Shown one piece after another: positions 25,812-33,966 of a stretch of DNA of 37,941 bases (its first letter is position 1; each line of letters begins with the position of its first letter). The notes under the pieces were generated by a model that searched no databases, had not been told where the DNA came from, and saw only the letters and a program-made list of their open reading frames with translations. The position numbers and the translations under genes are program-made. Source of the stretch: a virus (lineage: Duplodnaviria > Caudoviricetes); IMG/VR virus record IMGVR_UViG_3300030708_001092, positions 1-37,941 of that record. One strand, given 5' to 3'.

Positions 25812-27269
25812 TTAAGCTGCTTGACTACCAACAACAAATACAGGTTGATACCATCTCATTTTTCGTTCCTTTCGGTTTTTGCCTTTAAGAACTGTATGCC
25901 AATGACCTCTTCTCCAATGAGGTCGTATCTTTCTAGTATTTCCTGATATAACAAAATCTTCTTCATTTATTTTTGGTTTTAATTTTATTACTCTGCGTGT
26001 AAAATCTTTTCCGACCCAACATATTGCACTTGGTTTGATTGGAGATTGAACTTTATATTTTTTCTGTATATCAATAACTTTTGAAGGTATATATTCTTCT
26101 GTAATTATGTCTGGTTGTTGATTCATTAACAGAAGTAAATTAACAACTGTATGAAATTGATCTTCAAAACATCTTATCTCTTCTTCAGAATATGGATCTT
26201 TACGAAGTTTATTCATTTCAGAAAATTTTGGCATTTTTAAATCTTTCCAACTAAATGCAAAATAAAGAATTTTATCAGGATCTATCACAAAGTTCACATA
26301 TACATCATGTATTTGTGAAAAACTTTCTGGTTCTTCATCTAACTTACTACCTTTTAACGACCATTTATGACACTCAATAAAAGAATATTTTATACGATTT
26401 ATATTATTTGAATTTAATAAAAAGAAACTAGGATTAACTATATTAGGTCTTTCAGATAATTTTAGATTGTCAATATTAGTATTTATCAGAGAATTACATA
26501 GATCATCTTTTAAATAGTAAGCTGGTGAATTGTATATGTACTGTTGATTTCTATATGAACAATTAATGTGTTCTCTTGCTAGGTCTTGCCAAGAATAAAA
26601 GTTTTGTGGAGATTTATATTTGTATAAAAATTGTCCTCTCGTAATTTTAGCTTTCTCAACTTTTTTTATAACTTTTTCTTCTATTTGTTCTTTTTTACGT
26701 CTTTCAGCAAAAGCAGCACTTAGATCTTTTCTTCTTTTCTGATTATTAATTTTAGGTAATTCATTTGGATTATTGACAGTTACCCATTTTCTGCCGACTT
26801 TCATATGTAGATTACCTGTATTTGGATTAATCCATAAATCCCCTTCTTTAGCATCACCTCTACGTTCAACTATTTTTCTCTCATTAGTTTCTTCTTTGAC
26901 AGTATAAAGATTTGAATCTTGTGTATTAAAGAATAATTGTCCTGCTAATTTTCCTTCTTCAAATGATATATTTTCTTCCATAGAAATATTTTGACCAGAA
27001 GGAGTAGTAATAGTAGGTTTATTTTTATAACTTCTTATTTTTGGATTCTCCCCCTTAAACATCCCACCTCTTTTTTTGTATTCTTTTTTTATCCAAGCAT
27101 TTGCATAGGCTGACGGATATACATTAAATTTCTTCTTTGCCTCTCTTTTTAATCTTTTTAATAACGATTCGTTTTGACATCTACCTTTAAATACTGCAAA
27201 TTTTAGAGCAGCTTCATATTCTACTTTTGATAATTTTCTGCCCTTATCAAATTTGGCTGGTTTTACCAT
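25812..27269 (-). CDS. Chimeric 485 aa moron-like protein
   Basis: N-terminal YPSAYANAW domain; C-terminal RPHWRRGHW motif; own promoter. Confidence 0.8.
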   Translation of the reverse strand: MVKPAKFDKGRKLSKVEYEAALKFAVFKGRCQNESLLKRLKREAKKKFNVYPSAYANAWIKKEYKKRGGMFKGENPKIRSYKNKPTITTPSGQNISMEENISFEEGKLAGQLFFNTQDSNLYTVKEETNERKIVERRGDAKEGDLWINPNTGNLHMKVGRKWVTVNNPNELPKINNQKRRKDLSAAFAERRKKEQIEEKVIKKVEKAKITRGQFLYKYKSPQNFYSWQDLAREHINCSYRNQQYIYNSPAYYLKDDLCNSLINTNIDNLKLSERPNIVNPSFFLLNSNNINRIKYSFIECHKWSLKGSKLDEEPESFSQIHDVYVNFVIDPDKILYFAFSWKDLKMPKFSEMNKLRKDPYSEEEIRCFEDQFHTVVNLLLLMNQQPDIITEEYIPSKVIDIQKKYKVQSPIKPSAICWVGKDFTRRVIKLKPKINEEDFVISGNTRKIRPHWRRGHWHTVLKGKNRKERKMRWYQPVFVVGSQAA

Positions 27270-27294
27270 TGGAAGGTTTAGTTATATAATTGTT

Positions 27295-27323
27295 ATATTA
27301 GAAGTATATAATATTTATGTCAA
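27295..27323 (-). promoter_or_regulatory. Sigma70 promoter of the 485 aa gene
   Basis: TTGACA-17 nt-TAATAT. Confidence 0.75.
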
Positions 27324-27371
27324 TTAGACATCATAATTAGTGCATAATTAAAACATTTGATATAATAAATA

Positions 27372-27431
27372 CAAGCCGTGAGACTTGGCTTAAGTAGATA
27401 AGTTACTTGGAAGGGGCTTATCTACTTTTTA
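27372..27431 (+). ncRNA. Candidate small RNA 1 (two hairpins)
   Basis: Extended -10 TGaTATAAT (27358-27366); AAGCC/GGCTT hairpin; 11-bp AAGTAGATAAG/CTTATCTACTT stem plus T-run. Confidence 0.5.
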
Positions 27432-27447
27432 TTATGTATAATAAAAA

Positions 27448-27516
27448 AACCCTATTCGACAAGGCAATGGATGGGGTGTCTAGGTAGACAAGTTTTCAGC
27501 CCGTGCTTGTCTACTG
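27448..27516 (+). ncRNA. Candidate small RNA 2 (two hairpins)
   Basis: TATAAT 27437-27442; ACCCTATTC/GGATGGGGT and GTAGACAAG/CTTGTCTAC stems. Confidence 0.4.
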
Positions 27517-28296
27517 CCTTAATTTATGAGTATGTGGAATAACTTGATTTGCTTTTGGTACTAAGTAAACATCCTTGCAAATATTAAAAAATGGACTATC
27601 CGTAGTCAACATTATGCCTTCTTGTTTTAATTTTCCACATTCACGGATTCGTGCAATCTGCCAATCAAGTCTTTTATTCTCAAGAACTTGTTTTTGTATA
27701 GAAATCTGTGTATCGGCAGCAGATTTACATTGATTCTGAAATCCTCTATCTAAAGGAATACTAAACGTAGCCGATATTCCAAAATTCAAAGCATAGCTAT
27801 CTTTATTCGTTCCAGAATAATTTTTTTGATTAAAAAGGACATTACCTGGGTTATCTGGCACACCATCGTCATTAGCATCTGTTGGATCGTAGAAAGGTGT
27901 TTCATAATAATCCCGATAAGGTTTTAAATAGTTTGCTCCAAAAGTGGTGAATGGGCTAATGGATAGGGTCGGCCCTTGACATACAATATTTCCTCCATAC
28001 TGATTAGTCGTCATATTCCCCGTCAAGGTTTGTACAGCCATATTCGTTACCGAGCCATTATTTGATTGCGAAACAGCATTGGCTAAAACCTGTGCAGGAG
28101 ATAACAGAATTACTGAGAGAACACTGAGGTACTTGTGACTACGCTTGTTGACTCTATATTTCTTTGAATTACTGTTACGTTTGAAACTCCACCTGGGCCA
28201 CGATAACTTTCTGTAAATTGAAATGCGTTCCCAGAAGTTTGATCGGCTAGAGTAAATACTGGCTTGTTGTTTGATGATAAATCTAGCCCTGTCCAT
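27511..28296 (-). CDS. Conserved cyanophage-type secreted/outer-membrane protein (start uncertain)
   Basis: GSVTNMAVQ, CQGPTL, GISATFSIPLD, RLDWQIARIRECG. Confidence 0.75.
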   Translation of the reverse strand: MDRARFIIKQQASIYSSRSNFWERISIYRKLSWPRWSFKRNSNSKKYRVNKRSHKYLSVLSVILLSPAQVLANAVSQSNNGSVTNMAVQTLTGNMTTNQYGGNIVCQGPTLSISPFTTFGANYLKPYRDYYETPFYDPTDANDDGVPDNPGNVLFNQKNYSGTNKDSYALNFGISATFSIPLDRGFQNQCKSAADTQISIQKQVLENKRLDWQIARIRECGKLKQEGIMLTTDSPFFNICKDVYLVPKANQVIPHTHKLRQ

Positions 28297-28550
28297 GTCT
28301 GACTCTCCCCATTTATTGTCCCTGTAACATCCGTTGTATTTGGAGCGACTGATCCATCGGTTGTGACTCCCAATCCAGTAACAGTGTACTCATAAGAATT
28401 ACCAAAATAATCTGTAGAAGTAATAGTCTCACTGATTGAGGTTGTTGTATTCGTGGTGCTTGAAAGAGTTCCCGTTGTAAAATTCGGAACCACGGGTTGA
28501 GATTTAACAGGTATGGCATACAGCAAAAGCAACAATAAGAGCTTTTTCAT
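28110..28550 (-). CDS. Secreted Thr/Ser-rich protein
   Basis: Signal peptide MKKLLLLLLL; PVVPNFTTG, AFQFTESYRGPG. Confidence 0.8.
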   Translation of the reverse strand: MKKLLLLLLLYAIPVKSQPVVPNFTTGTLSSTTNTTTSISETITSTDYFGNSYEYTVTGLGVTTDGSVAPNTTDVTGTINGESQTWTGLDLSSNNKPVFTLADQTSGNAFQFTESYRGPGGVSNVTVIQRNIESTSVVTSTSVFSQ

Positions 28551-28553
28551 AAA

Positions 28554-29072
28554 TCATCTTATAGTTAGCTCCGTTACAAACTGTCCTGTAACAGTAGATC
28601 CTGCCCCACCTTCTTCTAAGTTTTCAATTCCATGAGCAGATGTAATATCTCCATCAAAACCTGCTCCACTTCCAGCGACAGTTGAAATTACACTACCAAA
28701 GTTAGGTACAGTACCAGCAGTAATTGTAGTATTTTCTGTTCCATTATTTGAAGGAATCGTATCTGCTGCTGTATATGATTCAGATAATGACCATGTACTT
28801 GCACAGTTAGATGGTGTATCTCCGCAACCATTAATAGAATAATCTCCAGCATTAAGAGTAACTTCACCACCGCTTACAGTTAAACCTCCAATTACATCGT
28901 CTGTATTATTTGTTCCGATATTGCTACCAGAGGCACTATAAGACGCACCAATTCGTGTGGCTTGTGACATGGCAGCGTCTACTTTTACACTTATACTCGT
29001 TGTAAATTTTGAAGTTATATCAGCATAAGCTGGTGCTGATAACATAAATAAAAAAATAAGTAGTTTTTTCAT
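28554..29072 (-). CDS. Secreted Gly/Ser/Thr-rich protein
   Basis: Signal peptide ending APAYA; GGAGSTVTGQFVTELT. Confidence 0.8.
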   Translation of the reverse strand: MKKLLIFLFMLSAPAYADITSKFTTSISVKVDAAMSQATRIGASYSASGSNIGTNNTDDVIGGLTVSGGEVTLNAGDYSINGCGDTPSNCASTWSLSESYTAADTIPSNNGTENTTITAGTVPNFGSVISTVAGSGAGFDGDITSAHGIENLEEGGAGSTVTGQFVTELTIR

Positions 29073-29308
29073 TTGATTCCTACTTTGTTGTTTTTATTAT
29101 CTACTATAGTATCTTTTTTCTTTTTTATCTGAAAACCTAGTGAAGCCGTGGAGGCTGAAAAAATTGAAGCAATAAATGTCGGGTCAAAATCTACTATTTT
29201 CTTACCAGATGGTGGTTCGTAGTATGAGAGAGATAATAGCGTTGCTGACCAAAGAAGTACACAAACTTTGACAATGGTTTCAACTTTGCTTGGTTCTTGA
29301 TCTTCCAT
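29069..29308 (-). CDS. Two-TM small protein (holin candidate)
   Basis: Two hydrophobic segments, DPTFIASIFS, basic C-tail. Confidence 0.65.
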   Translation of the reverse strand: MEDQEPSKVETIVKVCVLLWSATLLSLSYYEPPSGKKIVDFDPTFIASIFSASTASLGFQIKKKKDTIVDNKNNKVGIK

Positions 29309-29375
29309 GAAAGTTAAGATTCTTGTCCAATACTAGCATTTTAGCTATGTTTGGGAAGTAACACATATTTTTTTC

Positions 29376-29531
29376 ATGTATAAGATTCTAAAACCAATCT
29401 TAATGACCTTTTTAACGACAACTGCTGTTAAAAGGTTAGTGGTGGATTTACTAAAATCAATTGCAAAACAAACCACAAATACTTTAGATGATAAAGCTGT
29501 TGAAATTTTAGAAAAACAACTTTTTCCCTAA
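29376..29531 (+). CDS. Small amphipathic protein (51 aa)
   Basis: MYKILKPILMTFL...VDLLKSIAKQTTNTLDDKAV. Confidence 0.75.
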   Translation: MYKILKPILMTFLTTTAVKRLVVDLLKSIAKQTTNTLDDKAVEILEKQLFP

Positions 29532-29532
29532 A

Positions 29533-29829
29533 ATGAAAATTACTAAATTTCTCAACATAGATATTGAGCCAGCACCTCCAGAAATGGAACTTGAAATCGA
29601 AATGCAATGTAGAGAAATTATGAAGTCTGATGATTTAGATAACATAAAAAGGTATTGCACACATATGGTAAGAAAGAAGTTTGATCAAGATATTTTTATG
29701 GCCTCTCTATTGAACAGACTTATAGAATTAGAAGCTAATCGTGTTGTCGTAGAAATGAGAAAACAAAAAAGAAAACCGATGAATCCTATCGCAAAGTTTT
29801 TTCGTACTCGTCAAGCTCCTCGTCAGTAA
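29533..29829 (+). CDS. Helical protein, possibly NblA-like
   Basis: PEMELEIEMQCREIMKSDDLDNIKRYCTHMVR..FDQ fits the two-helix NblA pattern by eye. Confidence 0.45.
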   Translation: MKITKFLNIDIEPAPPEMELEIEMQCREIMKSDDLDNIKRYCTHMVRKKFDQDIFMASLLNRLIELEANRVVVEMRKQKRKPMNPIAKFFRTRQAPRQ

Positions 29830-30073
29830 AGTCTCTAATAAATAATTTATCAATCTTGTCAATTTCATAATTGAATTTAAGGATTGCAGTTCTTATATGT
29901 TCTGTAACCCAACGACCTTCATCATAAACTACTTGAGCTTTACCATTTTCTTTGATGAAAACATAATGATCCTGCCCTTTCATTTGAATTTCCAGGAAAT
30001 TTTTCTCTAAGTTTTTACGTCTTATTTGTTTAAGTTTGCGTAACTTTTCTACTGATTTTCTTACTGGTGTCAT
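29786..30073 (-). CDS. Hypothetical protein
   Basis: 95 aa, end of the leftward operon. Confidence 0.7.
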   Translation of the reverse strand: MTPVRKSVEKLRKLKQIRRKNLEKNFLEIQMKGQDHYVFIKENGKAQVVYDEGRWVTEHIRTAILKFNYEIDKIDKLFIRDFTDEELDEYEKTLR

Positions 30074-30198
30074 TTTTTATAGTCTGAAGGAGGAGGTGTA
30101 AGCCAGTAGCGTACACCATTTATTATTTTAAAGTGAATATTGAGGTTAGGATCTTTAACTAAATATTCATCTTTGGGCTTAGAAAGGTAACTCTTCAT
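30070..30198 (-). CDS. Small hypothetical protein (42 aa)
   Basis: MKSYLSKPKDEYLVKDPNLNIHFKIINGVRYWLTPPPSDYKK; ATGA-coupled. Confidence 0.5.
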   Translation of the reverse strand: MKSYLSKPKDEYLVKDPNLNIHFKIINGVRYWLTPPPSDYKK

Positions 30199-30487
30199 TT
30201 ACTCCTGTGTTAATCTTCTGTGGATTAATGTTGCCAAATACTCCGTATGGGCCATCCATCGCTTTAGAGAAGATTTGTACACATTGAGTTTTAACTTTTT
30301 CTTTTTTGGCAAAGTCATATACTTCTCCTTCTTTTGCTTTTGTGTTTACTAGGTTTTGTAAATGATCTATTAAATGAGTTACAGAGTCAACAGGAATTGT
30401 GAGACTCAAGACTTGTTGGCCTTCGTTAAAACGATCATCGCCAATGTTCCATTTTATAGGAAGAGGTAGTGCTGGATTAAATTCCAT
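30179..30487 (-). CDS. Possible ssDNA-binding protein
   Basis: Beta-rich with C-terminal EELPF; near erf. Confidence 0.55.
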   Translation of the reverse strand: MEFNPALPLPIKWNIGDDRFNEGQQVLSLTIPVDSVTHLIDHLQNLVNTKAKEGEVYDFAKKEKVKTQCVQIFSKAMDGPYGVFGNINPQKINTGVNEELPF

Positions 30488-30489
30488 AA

Positions 30490-30702
30490 TTAATTAAAAA
30501 ATTGAGCTAATAAAGTGTTGAAGAATGAATTAAAAGAAACTTTGTTTTGTTTACAATGATCTTTTATTTTTGCAGCAAGGGTGTCGTTTGTTCTGACACT
30601 AAAGATGTTTTTGTTCCAATCTTTTTTACGTTGCTGTTTACGGAGAAGAAGTTCATTCAATACTTGTTCTCTCGCAGTGTTGGCAGTTTCATCTGGTGTC
30701 AT
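30490..30702 (-). CDS. Arc-like ribbon-helix-helix protein
   Basis: IFSVRTNDTLAAKIKDHCKQNKVSFNSFFNTLL. Confidence 0.65.
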   Translation of the reverse strand: MTPDETANTAREQVLNELLLRKQQRKKDWNKNIFSVRTNDTLAAKIKDHCKQNKVSFNSFFNTLLAQFFN

Positions 30703-31403
30703 AAGCTTTCATCTATCTTAGAGATTTCAAGAGCTAAAAACTCACCATGTTCAGCAGTAGTAATATGTCTGGTAATCTTTGTGTCTTTGATGCTGAACTT
30801 CTTTCTGAAAGATTCGACTACGTCTTTCATTTGGAGTGGTTTGCTTTCATGAAGTGCCTGTAGCTTTTCGAGGATAGTTTCCTTTGCTTCTTTGGTAATA
30901 GGATCAGGAAGTTTCTCTAAAACAGATGTAGATTCAAGTTTCTGATTAGGTTTTGTAGGAGTTTTCGCTACACCTGTTTTTGGTGGTGGTGTCTTTGTTA
31001 AAGAGTTACCATCATCATCATCGTTAGCTAGTCCATAGACAGAAAGTATTCCATATCTACGAGCATAGGTTTGAGCAGCACCAGCTTCCTGATGTGCATT
31101 TTTTACGTTACTGGGAATCTTTGGAACAGGAAACTTACTGACTAAAGGTTCATCTCCAGAAACGTGCATCAATTTTGTAATGACTATTGTGATAACTTCT
31201 CCCTCTGGAGTAATTACATAGTCATTCAATTGTGTATGACAAAGACCAAACTCTGTAGCTGGTTGAACAGCTAACAATGCTTGAGCCAATGTTGTGTATT
31301 TGCTTTTATAAAATGGATTGCTTCCATCTAAACCAGCAGCATGATGCTTTTGCTGGAAAGCGTTTAGTGCTTCGATTAATGTCGAAGGCTGTTTAGTGGT
31401 CAT
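30699..31403 (-). CDS. erf: ERF-family ssDNA annealing protein
   Basis: NPFYKSKY, GAAQTYARRY, DDDDGN. Confidence 0.92.
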   Translation of the reverse strand: MTTKQPSTLIEALNAFQQKHHAAGLDGSNPFYKSKYTTLAQALLAVQPATEFGLCHTQLNDYVITPEGEVITIVITKLMHVSGDEPLVSKFPVPKIPSNVKNAHQEAGAAQTYARRYGILSVYGLANDDDDGNSLTKTPPPKTGVAKTPTKPNQKLESTSVLEKLPDPITKEAKETILEKLQALHESKPLQMKDVVESFRKKFSIKDTKITRHITTAEHGEFLALEISKIDESL

Positions 31404-31446
31404 GAGTAATTGTTTACTTGATAATTATATTACACATATATCATGT

Positions 31447-31782
31447 TTACTGCAAGGCAGCTTGTAACAATGTATTAAATTGTTCTGGAGTCAAGACCAT
31501 TCTCCATTGACCTCCTCTGAACCTAACCATGCTTGCAACAAAGTCTACACCAGCATTTTTTCTCTGTGTTTCCACTTCCCTGGGTTTTACCAAACAAGCT
31601 CTGGACTTATCTTTGTAATCTGCCACCTGTATCACGCAGTTTGGTATGCCATAAATATCCCCAACATCATCTGGTATTCCTGCTGCAAGATTTCTTTTAC
31701 ATTCAAAACCAGTAACTTCTGTTAAAAGTTCTGCTGCTTCTCTTTCAGCTTTGTCTCCTTTTCTTTTTTGTGGATTAGTCAT
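31447..31782 (-). CDS. Holliday junction resolvase-like PD-(D/E)XK protein
   Basis: KRKGDKAEREAAELL, DVGDI; the usual ExK is replaced by IQVA. Confidence 0.7.
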   Translation of the reverse strand: MTNPQKRKGDKAEREAAELLTEVTGFECKRNLAAGIPDDVGDIYGIPNCVIQVADYKDKSRACLVKPREVETQRKNAGVDFVASMVRFRGGQWRMVLTPEQFNTLLQAALQ

Positions 31783-31964
31783 CCTTCAAGTGATCTAATA
31801 CGTTTTTGAATATCATCAAATGCTACAACATAATCTTTATCTGAGATTTCATTTTGAAACCATTGCCATTCAAGTGTTGCAATTTCATTGTTCAATTTTG
31901 TGATCAAATACTTTTTTCTTCGATCAAGTTCTCTGTAAAAACATTTCATCTCATTACTTTCCAT
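31779..31964 (-). CDS. Hypothetical helical protein
   Basis: Coupled ORF. Confidence 0.6.
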   Translation of the reverse strand: MESNEMKCFYRELDRRKKYLITKLNNEIATLEWQWFQNEISDKDYVVAFDDIQKRIRSLEG

Positions 31965-32152
31965 TTCCTTCTTAATTTTGAATTTAATTGTTTTGTTTTT
32001 TGTCTTTTAAGACTTAGATAAGTGTCATTCAATTCATCAATCAAATGCGTAAAGTCTCCTTGAGATGACATTTCCAATGACCTTTCAAAGTTAACGATAG
32101 ATGCTTTGATTAGTTCTAAGTCTCTACCTGAGACATCTAATATATATCTCAT
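31946..32152 (-). CDS. Hypothetical protein
   Basis: Coupled ORF. Confidence 0.6.
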   Translation of the reverse strand: MRYILDVSGRDLELIKASIVNFERSLEMSSQGDFTHLIDELNDTYLSLKRQKTKQLNSKLRRKWKVMR

Positions 32153-32232
32153 CTTTTAGTCCACTCTGAGATAAGTTTTCTTAGCTCCTCAATACGTTTT
32201 TGAGCAGCTTGTATTCTTTCTTGTTTTGTCAT
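32149..32232 (-). CDS. Tiny helical peptide (27 aa)
   Basis: MTKQERIQAAQKRIEELRKLISEWTKR, overlapping both neighbours' start/stop. Confidence 0.6.
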   Translation of the reverse strand: MTKQERIQAAQKRIEELRKLISEWTKR

Positions 32233-32924
32233 TAAAACAATTCCTGTTCTGATTCAAACTTATCCCATGCTTTTTGCCATGCAGCTTCGCATCTCTCTGT
32301 GGGTTGATCAATGTTCATAATACATCTACCTTCAAACGCCCAGATTGTATTACATACATCTGGTCTTAAATCGTAGTTTAGTTTCAACATTTCAACGTAG
32401 CAACCAAGTTGTTTATCAGTTGAGTATGGTTCTTTCCAATACATATCAAGATCCTCGATATATAACAAACCATCTTTCTTTCTCTTTCGCATGAAATAAT
32501 CACAGCTACTTTTTGTTTTCAAGTCAATCAATCTAATCTGTTTGGTCTTAGTGTCATAGCCAAGTAGATCAAGTTGACCGCCAACTGATTTATCAGGGAT
32601 CGACATCATATGTTCAACTGCCATCGGTTCAAAATGTGTGAACAATTCATGTTGAAGTAAAGGTTCAACCCATGCACCATATTCATCAGGATCAATTTTG
32701 CCATTACCTAACATATGTTCAGCTAGACATTCATGGCACTTTTCTCCTCTGGGTTGCCATTGTGACCTCCATTTCTCGATATTTTCTTTATCTTCTTCAG
32801 ATAATTCACTACAGACTTGAGTAGTTGAATAAGACATCCATTGTTTAGTCTCTGTATTTACATATCTGTGTGTATTTTCATCTCTTTTGATTGGAAGAGG
32901 TTTTAAAAGTTGGAAGGTTTTCAT
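32232..32924 (-). CDS. PD-(D/E)XK exonuclease
   Basis: HRY..STT, RGEKCH, AVE, GGQLDLL, LIDLKT, QLGCY. Confidence 0.85.
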   Translation of the reverse strand: MKTFQLLKPLPIKRDENTHRYVNTETKQWMSYSTTQVCSELSEEDKENIEKWRSQWQPRGEKCHECLAEHMLGNGKIDPDEYGAWVEPLLQHELFTHFEPMAVEHMMSIPDKSVGGQLDLLGYDTKTKQIRLIDLKTKSSCDYFMRKRKKDGLLYIEDLDMYWKEPYSTDKQLGCYVEMLKLNYDLRPDVCNTIWAFEGRCIMNIDQPTERCEAAWQKAWDKFESEQELF

Positions 32925-32926
32925 TT

Positions 32927-33187
32927 TTAAAAGTCGTAAGTTGGAAGGTCTTTAGGATCAATAATTTCTATTGTTTCCTTTTTTGGTTTGGGTGCTTTTA
33001 CCCTAGCAAGATTTTGGTATTTGACACCTTGATAACCTTGCGGAAATAAAGGATTGCCTTTGCAATCATTCACTACTTCTGTCCATCCTGGGGGAGGTTT
33101 ATCAATATCTTCCAAACTCCAATAGCCTTTTTTAATACCATCCTTAATAGTTTTTATTAAAGATGCCTGATCAAACATTCTTTCCAT
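32927..33187 (-). CDS. Conserved hypothetical protein
   Basis: GIKKGYWSLEDIDKPPPG. Confidence 0.7.
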   Translation of the reverse strand: MERMFDQASLIKTIKDGIKKGYWSLEDIDKPPPGWTEVVNDCKGNPLFPQGYQGVKYQNLARVKAPKPKKETIEIIDPKDLPTYDF

Positions 33188-33702
33188 TATTTTTTCTCCA
33201 TATAATCTTTAGCGGTCTTACCAAGTTCAGCAAGTGTTGGAACTATTTCCTGATCACTGGCTTTGAAATACTTAGGTTTAAATTGTGGTTCTTCTGGTTT
33301 GTAACCCTTCTTAACTGGATATATATCCTTCCAGCCATTACTGATTGCCTTCTCAAGAGCTTCTTTTCTATCTTGTGATGGAAATGACCTGAGAGTTTGA
33401 AAGATACGTCTAGCGACCCTTGTAGAGTTGATTGCACCTTTTTTCTTTCTAATAGGCCACCATTCTTCAATTAATTCAGCACAATCTTTTAAATCATCTG
33501 GTACTAAATCTGTTGTAATTGTGCTAAATCCATAAAGATCCATAGGTATGGCCTCTCTTGGTTTTCTTTTCGCAGCAGATTTCATCTTCTGTTTAAGAAT
33601 TAGACGAATGTACTGTGGAATTGTTAATTCTTCTCCTCTAGCTCCATTCAAATAAGTATGAAGATCGGAATCTAACCAAACACAAACTTTAGTTTTTTCC
33701 AT
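33187..33702 (-). CDS. Putative replication initiator: RHH N-domain + helical C-domain
   Basis: KTKVCVWLDSDL...IPQYIRLIL; EEWW...ALEKAISNGWKDI. Confidence 0.55.
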   Translation of the reverse strand: MEKTKVCVWLDSDLHTYLNGARGEELTIPQYIRLILKQKMKSAAKRKPREAIPMDLYGFSTITTDLVPDDLKDCAELIEEWWPIRKKKGAINSTRVARRIFQTLRSFPSQDRKEALEKAISNGWKDIYPVKKGYKPEEPQFKPKYFKASDQEIVPTLAELGKTAKDYMEKK

Positions 33703-33725
33703 TCATAATAAACTGTTCATTACTG

Positions 33726-33754
33726 ACAGTAGGTGATATTTATTTAGATGTCAA
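33726..33754 (-). promoter_or_regulatory. Sigma70 promoter of the replication/recombination operon
   Basis: TTGACA-17 nt-TACTGT. Confidence 0.75.
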
Positions 33755-33769
33755 GTAGATATCTGAAAA

Positions 33770-33885
33770 ATTCTTTTCCTTATTCTTATATGTATATATA
33801 TTTATAATATATATATATATATATAATTTATTTATTTATTTATATATATTCTTTTTCTTTTTGGTTCTTTTTCTTTTTCTTTTTG
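33770..33885. repeat. (AT)n and T-tract low-complexity region, candidate replication origin
   Basis: About 60 bp almost purely A/T, flanked by pyrimidine tracts, between divergent promoters. Confidence 0.5.
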
Positions 33886-33916
33886 CAGTTATTTATCGTA
33901 ATTTTTCCATTCATAG

Positions 33917-33945
33917 TTGATTTAATACCATAGTGATAGTATATT
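33917..33945 (+). promoter_or_regulatory. Promoter of the RHH repressor
   Basis: TTGATT-17 nt-TATATT. Confidence 0.65.
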
Positions 33946-33966
33946 AATATATATTTGCCATTCATT

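Noticed and set aside
27372-27516. CRISPR mini-array (GTAGA/TCTAC resembles the Cas12a repeat stem)
   Set aside because: Only two units, arms in the opposite order, no cas genes
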